Source of the DNA: Nymphaea colorata
Lineage: Eukaryota
Direction: 5' to 3'
NCBI RefSeq assembly: GCF_008831285.2
Contig: NC_045138.2
Span: 6,510,001 to 6,574,000, forward strand
Length of the DNA stretch: 64,000 nt
Below the pieces are notes generated by a model. That model did no database searches, was not told the origin of the DNA, and saw nothing but the letters and a program-made list of their open reading frames with translations. Every line of letters begins with the position of its first letter. The stretch's first letter is position 1. A program made the position numbers and the translations under genes. Shown here one piece after another: positions 13,901 to 26,303 of the stretch.

Positions 13901-14496
13901 CAAGACTGGTACATCAATATTTATTCTCATTAATGGTAAAGTTGAATATTTATTTTCATTAATGGTAAAGTTGAACTTTTTGTGCCACTTTATGTAGATG
14001 ATATCATTGTGATAGGAAACAAGACCGAAGAAGTATCAAAGCTCATGTCTTATTTAGGCAGGAATATGCAGTGAAGCATTTGGGTACGTTGCATTATTTT
14101 CTTGGGATAGAGGCCATAGAAACACCTAATGGTCTCACTCTCACACAACAAAAATATAACTTGGATCTTCTATTTAGTGTCAAAATGGAAGGAGTTTGAA
14201 ACGCTTAGTCCTGTGGTACTTTCAGCATGAAGGCCTAGGCTACTTTGAAACCTTTAGTCCTGTGGTAAAACCCACAACCATTAGAACAGTGCTAACTATT
14301 GTCATTGACAAGAAGTGGCTCATATGACAACTTGATGTACAAATGATTTCTTTCATGATGATTTAGAAGAAGATGTCTATATGTATAAACCTACAGAATT
14401 TGAAGATCCCAACAAACGAGATCATGTCTGCAAATTACACAAAGCTTTATATGGGCTTAAACAAGCCCCTAGAACATGGTACTCCAAATTAAGTTT
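10950..14496 (+). mobile_element. Degenerate Ty1/copia retrotransposon, 5' part (gag-PR-INT-RT), no LTR found
   Basis: Gag NYLLWESQF..LMGMVDGS and MQLRSQFQDLRKGDKSVGEYF; zinc knuckle CQICEKIGHTTKTC; protease WYPDSGASH; WHQRLGH; integrase CPHTPQQSGMSE; RT DYFETFSPVVK, QLDVQNAFLHG and YVDDII. Many stops and frameshifts. Confidence 0.9.
13612..14496 (+). repeat. Internal tandem duplication of the copia RT segment (copy 1 ~13612-14195; copy 2 ~14240-14496 continuing at 29897-30190)
   Basis: CTACTTTGAAACCTTTAGTCCTGTGGTAAAACCCACAACCATTAGAAC occurs at both ~13614 and ~14240, and the downstream sequences are collinear. Confidence 0.85.
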
Positions 14497-14610
14497 TGTA
14501 ATCACCCCAAACTTTTTCAAAAAGAATGCCCACTCTTATTAAAAACACAAAACCCAATTTTTGGATCTAAATTGGTCCAAAGCCACAGTCCAAATCCAAA
14601 TCAAGCATTT

Positions 14611-15170
14611 GAGACCCATTTGCCCTTCCTTTTGATAAAAAAACCTCCTTTTAGAGGATTTTGGTCTTTTTGGAGGACAAGACCCATTTGCCCCTCTTTT
14701 TTTACAAAGAACCTCCTTTTAGAGGGTGATTTTAGTCTTTTTGGTGGATAAAACCCATTTGCCCCTCATTTTTTACAAAGAACCTCATTTTAGAGGGTAA
14801 TTTTGGTCTTTTTCGTTAATAAGACCCATTTGCCCCTCTTTTTTTACAAAGAACCTCATTTTAGAGGGTGATTTTGGTCTTTTTGGTGGACGAGACCCAT
14901 TTCCCCTTCTTCATTTTTACAAAGAAACTTCTTTTAGAGGGCGATTTTGGTCTTTTTGGTAAACAACACTCATTTGCCCTTTCTTTTTTAAAAAGAACCT
15001 CCTTTTAAAAGGTGATTTTGGTCTTTTTGGTAAACAAGACTCATTTACCCTTCTTTTTTTACAAAGAACCTCCTTTTAAAGAGCAATTTTGGTCTTTTTT
15101 TGCAAACAAGACTAATTTACCTTTCCTTTTGACAAAAAATTCTCCTTTTAGAGGGCGATTTTAGTCTTTT
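14611..15170 (+). repeat. LTR U3 tandem array, ~8 x 71 bp
   Basis: Units AGACCCATTTGCCC...ACAAAGAACCTCCTTTTAGAGGGTGATTTTGGTCTTTTTGG. Confidence 0.9.
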
Positions 15171-15213
15171 ACAAAAAAAAATTCAAATTTTGAGTTTTGA
15201 CTCCAAAATCCTC

Positions 15214-15221
15214 TATAAATA
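15214..15221 (+). promoter_or_regulatory. LTR TATA box (CTCTATAAATA)
   Basis: Conserved in both LTRs (second copy 27352-27359), directly after the tandem array. Confidence 0.7.
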
Positions 15222-17603
15222 CTCCTCACTTCCCCCATCTTGGACAAGATTAGCCATTGGAAGAAATTCTAGCTTCACTCAAGGGGATCTTCAAGCTAAG
15301 GTGTTTATTCTTCAAAAGCTATTATCACTAGAGTTATGTAATCAATATCTCACCTCTTTCTTTCTTCATTTTCCTCTCTTCCTCCTCTTCCCATGGCCAA
15401 AGGAGATAGCTCTTACTCTCTATTTTAGAGTCAAGAGACTATGCTCGAGTGCACCGGGAGCATAAGAATATAAGATGACCTTCCATTCCATGTTTAAATC
15501 ATGTTATTTCTTTTCTTGATTATAGTGTTTTGTTATTGTTCTTCCTCTTCATTAATATGTTCTTGTTATTATTGTCATTTTTTTTTTCTTGAATATAGTT
15601 TGGTTGTTGTTCTCTTTAAGTTCTTCTCATCTTCATTTCACTATGGCCAAAGGAGATAACACTTAATCTCTTCTTAGAGACAAGAGGCTATGATCAAGTG
15701 CACTGGGAGTATGGAAAGATGAGATGACCCTTCATTTCATAGTTATATTATGCCCTCCTAGTTGAATCTTTCTCTTCCTATCATCCTCTCTCTTTCTCTC
15801 TCTCGCTTTCCTTCCTTGAATATTGTCTATAGACTATCAATGCATGCTTGCTTAATTTCCCATTTATATGTGAATGCACAGTGAGAATGAGAGTGTAATT
15901 TGGGATTCTCTCTTTATTATTACGTTGATGAATTTTTGAGGTTGGGGCTTGTCCAACCCGAAAAGAACCTTTAGGAATTTGTACACGTTAAAGTAAATTT
16001 TCATATCATTTCGCGTTAGTTTCCTTTTAATCGACCGATTAGGAACCCTAGTGAGCACCCTATCGTGTGGTTTGAATTTTTTTCATACCCAACGGTGGAA
16101 GAAACATATTCCCTTGCAACTAATGAAATAACTATGTTTTATGTTTTCCAAAATATTTTCAAAAGATTCCTTTTTAATATGGCTTTGGAGACTTAGCTTA
16201 GCCTCTCGTATGAGTCCAAGCACCCCTCCGTCCTATATCAAACTTGAAGTCGGATGATTTAACTTATCTTTAGACACATGAAGACATACATGTATATACA
16301 TGTTATATACATATATGTGCACATGATGATTCTCTTTATCATTTTGTCTCTATGTTTACGTATCTCTTTTGAAATTTTTTGTATCAATATGAATGCGTAT
16401 ATGTATATGAATCTCTTACTTTCTCTCTCTACAATCTTTTTCTCTTTTCAAGTCAAATGCCTTCATCTTCAAATTTCTTATATATATATATATATCCTTC
16501 TCCATTTCTTTTCCTATAAAATCTTTTTCTTTATTCAAAACAATGAAGTTTTTACAATCTTTCATATATCTGTATATGTGATAGTATATACACATGTATG
16601 TGCATCTTTTCTACCACCCTCTCTTTCTCTCTTTCTTTTAAAAGCTTCATTTTCCTTCTCTACTAAAATTCAAACCTCATTTTTATAAACTTACATATAT
16701 GTATCTATACGTATAAATATGTATATGTGTATGTGTGTACGAATGCATATCTTTCTTCCTTTTAAATCTTTGATTTTCTGATTTTCAAGATCTCTTTCTC
16801 TTTCTCCTTCTCTAATTTTTCTTACAATCAAATATCTCATCTTTTACATTCTTTTGGACATTTTTCTTCTCCAAGATCATTTTTCATTTACCGACTTCAT
16901 TAGTATTACAACTCAAGTAATGACACAATATTGGATTCATGCTTGATGGTCTACAATCCCAATCCATTTTCAAAAACTTTTCTTTCTTATATATGATAAC
17001 TATAAAAACAAAAATCTTAGATGTATATTATGGTAGGAATGCCTTAGATGAATGTTGTGGTAGGAATGAGTCATTTTTCTTCCATTCATCTTAGGATTGA
17101 TGCATCCATGCATTTATTTCCACTCAATATTACAAATGAGCACAAACACATCTCTAAAAGAATTTAAGGAAGATGAGATGGAGCTCTAACTAGGCGGTAA
17201 CGGAATTAGAGCAAAATCTCAAGCCTACTTAAAGTCTTAAGAGAACACTAAAATAACTTCAAAGTGATTCCCCAAGCTTTCCAATGATATTCACAACGAT
17301 TTCTTTCTAGTTTTCCCAAAACATTTCCCATTCTCAAGCAACTCTTCAAGAATTTTTTCAAAAGTTTGAAACATTAAACTTTCAATATTTTTCTACACCG
17401 CATATAGAATCAAAGAAATATTCAAGTTAAAACGAAATGCATCAATAATAAACATAGCCCTTGGGTTGATTACCCTGGTAAAGGCACCAAGAATGGTCGA
17501 CCCTCGTACCGACGGGCGAGTCCCTTTCTTTCCTATTTCAAAACAAAAACTCATTTTTCTGAAGCACTCCAAAACCAACCAAAAATTTTGGGATGCAAAC
17601 AGA

Positions 17604-17620
17604 TGGTGACCGTGATGGGA
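17604..17620 (+). other. Primer binding site TGGTGACCGTGATGGGA, probably tRNA-Arg type
   Basis: TGG begins 2 nt after the LTR end. Resembles the Arg-type PBS of Ogre elements; tRNA identity not verified. Confidence 0.75.
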
Positions 17621-18496
17621 CCCGTCATCGTTTGGCTATGGTTATAATTGATACATTTTTACTAACTTGAACATCTCATATATTGCCAATGATAAAGCGT
17701 GTCCCCTATTTTGACCTTGACCCCATTGGCACTTCATTGTTTGGTGATTATGTTTGCTATTTTGCATATATGACTAACTGAGAAGGATCAATCATGTTCA
17801 CTTAGACCTAATTTCAAATACAACCCTCCTCAATTTAAGATTTGTTTGAAAACAATGTTTGCTCTTATATTTATTTCAATCATCATCTTAGGTAACATTG
17901 CATTAGAGACAACTCATTTCACAAGATTTTTAATAATTCCTCATCCCTATTGGTCCCGGTTATCATGTTGCCGGGCTTAGTCTTTGGTGGTAGCACAAGA
18001 CTAAGCCTTACAACTAGATCACACCTTGGGCGGGAAAGCCCCCTTGTTAGTACCATGAGTGGTAATTTGTGGTATATCGACGAGCGATCAAGGAGAAGTT
18101 GACAAAACCATACCCTTAGTTGCCTATGGAAGAATCTATGCTCGTACTAAGTCATTTGGCTAAAGTATATAAGCATAACTTGATATTAGGCTTTCATGAC
18201 ACAAAATTATCTCAATTAGGTACCTATACCCATTTTCTACGAAAATTATTTCAAATGACGTGGATGTGCATAAAACCTTGTGTGATGTTTTACAACCTCA
18301 TTGTAAACCTCTACTTCATATTGTCTTGGTCAACCTAGTCAATCTTTTCACTAATTCAATCTTTATCCTTTATAGTCATCATTGGAGATGTATTCTTTGC
18401 AACGTGGCGTCACATTCCCTTATAATCATACCTCTTTGGGGAAGGCCCCAAACGGTCTACCTACATTTCTCTTGAGTCTAAACCTTTAGCTCCCGA

Positions 18497-19606
18497 ATGG
18501 TATCGGTCTTGGCATCCCACCTTCTTCGGATGTTTCCTTCATACTTTGATGAATGTGGACTAGAGACAGTGGCAGCTGGAGTAATGCAGACTGTGGATGA
18601 AAATTTGGTGCATGCAATCGCCGAGCGTTGGAATCCAAGGATCTCCTCTTTTTGGTTTCCATGGAGAGAAATGACAATATTATTAGATGAATTTGCCGAA
18701 ATACTAGACCTTCCCACCCCGACTTGTGACCCAAATGAACCATTAGAGAAACAATTCCTCATGAACACGACTAAGGTTAATTCAAATGACCTCATCGGCT
18801 ACTTCACCGGATGAAAAACTTAGCATTTAGTAGAAAACCATGAAAATCAATGCATCAACATGAAGAATTTGTATGAAGAATTTGGAGCCTATGTTGAACC
18901 TTCCACTTTATCTCGGAAAGCCATAGGAAGAATCAAACATTGTATGATGCTTTCCACAGTAGGAGTGACCCTTTTCACTAATGGAAGTGACCTCCTAGAT
19001 GTTTGTATTGCCCAACTTTTTCGGATATGGGGGCATAGTGGGACCCGACACGTATCGGTAGCAATGACAACCTTAACCTTCCTTTAACAAGGACTCACCC
19101 GCTTTACCATTGTTGATACTGACTTCATAGAAGGATGTACAAATGCTTTACAATTGTGGTTCCTCAAGCATGCGGGACCCCAAGCCAGTCTATTCAGAAA
19201 CACTAATGGAGCATTGACAATATTGGAGCAATACCGTCGTTTGATCGAGCAATTGAATGAAGGAGAGATCATTTGGGATTATTTTGATCGCCATCAAGGT
19301 TCGCCTCGATACACTCAGAATCATCATGGGCGCACCACACTCTTGGGCCCTTACTTCATAGTTGATTATTGTGTTGATAGATGTATGAGGCAATTCTCTC
19401 AGAGGCAAAAGATGGTTTGGGTGCATGCACCAATTGGAGCTATTCTGGAATTCGGTCTCAGCTCAACTCAGTGGGCGGCATTGTTTGCAGTAGCTCGACA
19501 AGAATGGAAGACATAGATATCCTACACCTGGTTCACAGGCCCAGTGGTGAAGAAGGAATATGTCGAGTGGTGGGATGCCAACCGACCACCATCCATCCTT
19601 CCCTAA
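18497..19606 (+). pseudogene. Ogre extra ORF1 encoding a plant mobile domain (PMD, aminotransferase-like; MAIN/MAIL-related), with in-frame stops
   Basis: LVHAIAERWNPRISSFWFPWREMTILLDEFAEILDLP matches the PMD signature; also LQLWF, YCVDRCMRQF and C-terminal EYVEWW. ORFs 18497, 18860 and 19154 share one frame. Confidence 0.85.
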
Positions 19607-19767
19607 AAGTTTATGTTGTCAAATTTGTACTCCTCCTTCCATCTTCAGTTTTTTTTTTAGATGTAACTTTTAAAAATTCTTAATGCAATATAAACCTTCA
19701 TTTTGTTATCATTTCCTCCCAATGACTCTTCATTTTCGTGCCTCACAAGGTGAATACCTGAAAGCAG

Positions 19768-22554
19768 ATGGTTGAAACCAGATCGCAAGCTAAACAGGCT
19801 CCTCAGAACGAGGCTTCATCTTTCGATCTTAGGCCAGAAACACTTGGTCTCTCAGCAATAGAGCCAGAAGGCTACCATATGTTTTGGTTATTCATGGAGA
19901 GATTCATGAGAGAGCAAGAAGAACAAAAGACCTTGATGATTGCTCCAGAGCCAAAAAATGAAAAAGCTACCAAGCAAAAGAGAAAGAAAAAAAACAACAA
20001 ATCTTCCCCTACAGACCAAGATGAAGACCATTTGAGTTCAGATTCAGCAACTAGCAAGGAGGAAAAACCCATGTTGCATACTCTCAATAAGAAAAAGACA
20101 ATGAAGAAAAGCAAGAAGGGAAAAGAAATTATGGTAGAAAGTGGCTCACCTAGCCCTATCACCCCTAGAAGTTCAGAAGAGAAACCTAAGAGAAAGAGAA
20201 AGCCAACTAAAAGGGGTAAAAAGACAAGGAAGTATGTGCTCAGCAGTAGCTCGGACAGTGAAAGTTTTGCCGAGAAAGTAAAGGAGATCAAGGGCAAAAA
20301 GCAAAGACAAAGCCAGAATTAATCGAGTCAAGTGATGATGAAAGTCCAACTAAGTGTAGATTCTATGAAATGGAGAAAAGGATGAACAATCTTGAGCTTA
20401 GGGGGAAAGGAAAACGCTCATACTCATGCGAGGATTATTACCTCAATATTGAAGGAGATGAGGACATGAAAGGCTTACCCAGGGAGTTCGTCAGATATGA
20501 TGGAACCACCTGCCCACATGTTCATCTTTCAACTTTCTTCAACGATTGCTACAAAATTTGGGCAAATAACAGAGCTTTGTTTCGCTAATTTTCAAGAAGT
20601 ATTGAAGGCATCGCCGCACAGTGGTACAAAGAAAATGTCAACCCAATCGAACTCAAGGAATTTGACAAGTTGATTAATATATTTGTCGAAAAAATTTGAG
20701 CAAAATGTTCCCATGGCTCCAACCCTCAGTACCATTTGCAGTCCTCGTCAGAAACAAGGAGAAAAGACTCGAGAATTCATCCAAAAATGGAGAATTCAAT
20801 GCAACAAGATGAAGGAGCCCATTTTTGAAACTCAAGCTCTGTCGCTCATCAGAAAGAATCTTTCTCAGCCCTTAAAAAGTCTTATCCGCAATGCCCCGAT
20901 CGAAACCTTTGCTGAATTGATTGAACAAGCGAATTCCATAGAGGAAGGAATTAAGGAGGGTTATTTTGATGGAATCATTGCTCATAAGAACAAGGAGGAT
21001 AATAAGAAAAGAGGGAGGACACAGTTGCCTCCACACTTCATAGCTAACGCTGGCATTTGAAAAGACAACAACAACAACTACAAGCATGACAAGGAGATCA
21101 TTCTCAAGAAGAACATGCAGTTTTCCAAAGGCAATGATGAAAGAAAAAACAAACACCCAGGCTGGAGTTATGACAGAAAATTCACCCCTCTCAGTCAGTC
21201 GTGCGAGAAGATTCTGGAATACCTCCTTGCCAAAGGAACTATAGTCTTGCCAAAAATGTTAGAACCTCCAAAAATGATGGGAGGCAATAAAGAAACTCTA
21301 TCTATGTTTCATTGGGCCCCTGGACATCATACTGAGGATTGTTTTGTCCTCAAAAATATTATCCAGGACTTCATGAACAAGGATCTCCAGGTTGGTGATG
21401 ATAGCATCCCTAAGGTGCTGAGCAATCCATTTCCTGACCATGGGAAGGCGGCAGTGGCCATGATCACCACAGACACTTCACTCCCATATCATCCACAGGA
21501 GCACATCCGACCTTGTGAGGGAAGCAGTTCACACAAGGTCATGATAACAGATCAAGGTGAGAAACCACTGGATTTTATTGTTATGATGAGTAGCAAGACA
21601 GAAAGTTCACCCAAAAAACTTCCCATAATCCCAAAGACCTTTATCCTACAAAGCGGTGATGATAAATTGTCAGGTGACTCTTTGGATGGAGATTCGTGCT
21701 ACTTGGGTGAGGTCCTCCCCTTGGAAGAGTGCATCATTGAAGGAGAGTGGATTCAGGCATTTAAGGGCCAGTCAATTACCTTTTCAGAAAAAGACCTCTC
21801 AAAATAGGGTTATTATCATGAAGGGGCTCTTTACATCGTCGTCCAGGTCAATGGGATGACTGTGTCACATGTCCTGATTGATGGAGGAAGCGGCTTGAAT
21901 ATTTGTCCTGATCTTACGGCCAAAGCTTTGGGGTTCTGTGAAGACAAATACCACAATGACGATATCAAAATCTACAGATATGACGGTCGAGGCATGAGCA
22001 GTAAAGGTACCATTGACATGAACGTGATCATTGAAAATATAAGTCATCACATTGTATTCCATGTGGTAGATGTACCACTATCATATAACTTGCTTTTGGG
22101 ACGACCTTAGATCCACCAAGTACGAGGGATCCCATCTACTCTTCATCAGTGCCACAAATGGAATTTTGGCCCATCAGTCATCATCGTACGTGCTGAGGAT
22201 CTAGTCGAGAGGTTGGTGCAACCCATGCTCCCTAGGCCAACTGATCCGGTGGATGTACCAAGCATAAGAATAACAAAGGATACACCTTTGAAAGAATGGA
22301 TGCAGAACATGGAGATAGGTGAATCATTTGGGAGTGCCCATACTATTTCAAGCAATCGTGCCAGTTATCAAAAATATCCCTTATACGTTCAATTCATGAA
22401 AAACCCTAAGGGATTTCAGCTGCTTTTCAAAGGTGGTTATCGTCCGTTCAGAGGCCTTGGAAAGAGTGAAGGTGGTCTCTTGCAGCCGATCAATATTCCT
22501 TTTTAGATGAATACCAGGGGACTAGGATACCATGCTGAAGATCTTGTGGGCTGA
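19768..22554 (+). pseudogene. Ogre gag-protease-G-patch polyprotein (disrupted)
   Basis: Lys-rich N-terminus; YDGTTCPHVHL; RQKQGEKTREFIQKWR; zinc knuckle-like FHWAPGHHTEDC; protease VLIDGGSGLNI...YNLLLGRP; G-patch LLFKGGYRPFRGLGKSEGGLLQPI...RGLGY. Confidence 0.88.
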
Positions 22555-22783
22555 TAGTGTTCACCTTTGTTTCAAATCCTCCCATGAATTTTGTAATCTT
22601 CCCACGAATTTTGTAATCTTGAACTTCTTTTGTACTTCTTTTTGTCTGGTCTCGTGAGAGGACCCCCATCTATGAACTAAAAACTTTGTTTCAATATGAA
22701 ATGCAAAGTAATATTTTGTTATCAATTTTAATTTTGTTCAATTTTCCCTTTATCCTCCTCTTTACAGGATGTAGGAATTCAAC

Positions 22784-25700
22784 ATGTCTCAATTTCTTCT
22801 TTTTCCTCAGAAGTCCCCTCGAAAAGCATTTGTCAAACAAGCAGTCTGTGAAATGGAACCTATGACAATACCCGAGTCAGATTTACCGGAATTTACTCAG
22901 ATTCAGAAACAAGAACATTCCTCATCCATGGTTAATGATCCAATCGAAGATATTAATATTGGAACCAACAAGGACCCTAAAATCCTTCAAATTGGTACTA
23001 GTTTGTCAATAGACGAGAGGAAAAGATTGGTGGACTTTCTTGTAAGTAACCAAAAAGCTTTTGCTTGGACTTATGAAAATATGCCAGGCTTAGACCCCCA
23101 GTTGGTTGAACACCATTTGCCTTTAAATCCTTATGGCAAGCCAATTAAGCAAAAGTTGCGCAAGCTTGATCCTCGACTAGAAGGACCAGTAAAAGAAGGA
23201 CTAGAAGACCTACTAAGAGCAAAATTCATTCGTGCCATTGACTACCCCGAGTGGTTGGCTAATATCGTGGTTGTCCCCAAGAAAAGTGGTAAAGTCAGAT
23301 TATGCATCGACTTTCGAGACCTGAACAAAGCCACACCAAAAGATGATTATCTACTTCCAAACATCGAACTATTGGTTGATAGTACCACAGGACACGCAAT
23401 GTTCTCTTTTATGGATAGATATTCGGGATATAACCAAATCAAATTAGTAGTTAAAGATCAACCTAAGACTGCTTTTACTAAACCTTCGGGCACTTTCTGT
23501 TATGCGGTAATGCCGTTTGGGTTGAAAAATGCTGGAGCAATTTATCAAAGAGCCATGGCCGCTATCTTCCATGATCAGATGCACAAAATCATGGATGCAT
23601 ATATTGATGACATATTGATTAAATCTAAAGCGAGAGAAGATCACATTGAAACTCTTGCCCAAGTATTTGGGAGACTCTTACAGTACAAGTTTCGTTTGAA
23701 TCCTCAAAAATGTGTGTTTGGGGTTGAATCGGGCAAACTTTTGGGTTTCATGGTCAGTAAAAGGGGGATCGAGATGGATTTTACCAAAGCTAAAGCCATC
23801 ATCGATATGCCTCCACCAACCAATATCAAGGAGTTGCGAAGCTTGCAAGGACGAATCCAATCAATCAGACGATTCATTTCTAATCTGGTCATGAGAGGCG
23901 AACCATTCAACCAGCTGCTGAGGAAAGGTGTCAAGTTTGAATGGGGTTTTGAATGCCAACAGTCATTCGAAAGGATCAAGAAATACCTCCTAAATCCGTC
24001 AATTCTACAACCATCAGTGTTGGGTAGACCATTGTTGCTTTACATCACAGTGAATAAGTCAGCATATGGCGGCTTTTTGGCACAATATGAGGAAGGAAGT
24101 CGCATCGAGCATGCAATCTATTACATTAGCAAGACTTTTGTCAAGTACGAAAAGAAGTACTCTCCAATAGAGAAAACTTGTCTGGCATTGGTTTGGATGT
24201 GTCAGAAGCTGAGACATTATTTATTAGCTTGTGAGGTCAAGATACTCTCCAAGCTAAATCCTCTCAAGTACATCTTGGAACAACCATTCCTTAATGAGCG
24301 TATCGTCAAATGGCAAGTTCTGTTGATGCAATATGATCTTGAATATGTGTCTCAAAAGTCAATCAAAGGACAAGCAATTGTGGGTCAGTTAGTAGACTTT
24401 CTTCACTACGAAGAACTCAGAACAAATGATGAGTTTCCAGATGAACATGTACTAAGATTGGAAACAGTTCCGATATGGAAGATGTACTTTGATGGTTCCA
24501 GAAATGTGATTGGAGCAGGCATAGGCATCTTGCTCATCACTCCGGAAAACGAAATGATCCCGTACTCTTTGTCCATAACATGGCTGAATATAAAGCTCTT
24601 ATACAAGGACTTCGTTCTTTATTGAGTTTTCAAGTGAAAAGAGAGCACGCCTTCGGCAACTCTCAGCTTATTATAAACCAAGTGAATGGAGAATGGCAAG
24701 TCAAAGATGAAAAGTTGGTGCCATATCAAGAAATTGCTATCTACTTAATCCGTCAATTTGAAAAAGTACAACTGGCACACATAAAGAGAGAAGGTAACCC
24801 AATTGCGGATGGCCTCGTGAGCCTAGGGTCCACTTTCACCTTTCGAACCAATGAAGCAATCTGTTCTTTTAAGATTGGAAGATTGGAACACTCTGCTTTT
24901 GAAACAATGACGCATGTCTATCATATCCAAGAGGGGAATACGCCTTGGTACCATGACATCAAAAGGTACATTGAAAGTGGAGAATTCCCGATCGGAATGT
25001 CCAAAAATGAACAAAAAGCAATTCAGCATATGTCAGCAAGGTACTTTATTCTTGCAGGAGTGCTATACAGACGTGGATTTAGTACATAATACTATCGGTG
25101 TCTTGATGAAGATGAAGTAAGGGAAATCATCAAAGAATCACATCGAGGAGATGGTGGAGGCCATGTTGGTTACCAAACCCTCACCAAAAATAATTCGAGC
25201 AGGATATTATTGGCCTACTATGCAAAAAGATTGTCACCAATTTGTCAAAAGATGCAAAGAGTGTCAACTACATGCTCAAGTGATACATGCCCCAGCCTCT
25301 CACTTGCATTCTGTGGCATCTCCTTGGCCATTTTCAATGTGGGCATTTGACGTAGTTGGACCGATATCCCCCGCAGCTTCTAATGGTCATAAGTATTTTC
25401 TTGCTGCAACAGACTATTTTATCAAATGAGTAGAAGTCGTCACACTCAGAAATGTGAAAGGACGTCATGTAGTGTCTTTCATTCATAAAGATCTTCTTTG
25501 CAGATTTGGAATCCCTCATGATATAGTATCTGATAACGAGACTCATTTCAAAAATGAAAAGATGAGACAACTATGCAGCAAATACTGCATCATGCATGAT
25601 TTTTCAACTCCCTACTACCCCCAAGGTAATGGACAAGCGGAGGCCACCAATAAGATCCTGATCCGCATCTTGGAACGGACAGTAGAAACTGGAAGAGACT

Positions 25701-26191
25701 GGCATGAAAGGATGCATAACGCTCTATAGGCATATCGCACCACTATGAGAACTCCAACAAATGCTACTCCAGCATAGTTAGTCTATAGAATGGAAGTAGT
25801 CCTACCATTACATGTGTTGAAATTCGCTTTGAAACTAGCTTCTCTTAGAGAGCTTTCTCTAAATCATTATCAGCGGAAAATGTTAATGCAACTCGATTTG
25901 CTTGACGAAAAGAGGCTAAAAGCGGCTGAGCATGATGAAGCTTATCGTCAAAGGGTCACTAGACAATTTGCAAAGCTAGTTATTGAGAGACAGTTCAAAG
26001 TGAATGAGTTGGTCCTACGATCGGTGGTATACCTCAGAGGACGACTGCATGGTAAGTGGGCACCAAACTGAGAAGGTCCACATGTTGTTAAAGAAGCATT
26101 GCCCCAAAATTCCTACCGACTGACCGATGCTGATGGGGTGGAACTTGCCGATCCTGTTAATGCCCTTCACCTCAAGAAATTCTATGCCTAG
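22784..26191 (+). pseudogene. Ogre pol: RT - RNase H - additional archaeal-type RNase H - integrase (disrupted)
   Basis: RT RLCIDFRDLNKA, MPFGLKNAGA and YIDD; aRH WKMYFDGS...AEYKALI...GNSQLIINQVNG...NPIADGL; integrase GYYWPTM..CKECQ, WAFDVVGP, DNETHF, PQGNGQAEATNK; GPY/F-like WAPN*EGP; ends LKKFYA*. Confidence 0.92.
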
Positions 26192-26303
26192 TTCTTTTGT
26201 ATCAACTTTTCAATCAATAACAAATATTTATGTATATTATTCTCAGTTGTGAAACATGATGATTACACTGGGTCATTTTTTTTTTAATTATTATTCAAGG
26301 GGC

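Larger units (their letters stand above)
14497..17601 (+). repeat. 5' LTR (3105 bp)
   Basis: Starts TGTAATCACCCCAAA, ends GGGATGCAAACA; collinear with 26598-29891. Confidence 0.95.

Noticed and set aside
16278..16688. Hydrophobic 136-aa ORF (and its paralog at ~28534-28863) as an env-like protein
   Set aside because: Inside the LTRs, AT/CT low-complexity, and the frame is not conserved between the two LTRs.
19872..20297. Antisense hydrophobic ORF
   Set aside because: Reverse complement of the Lys-rich gag N-terminus.
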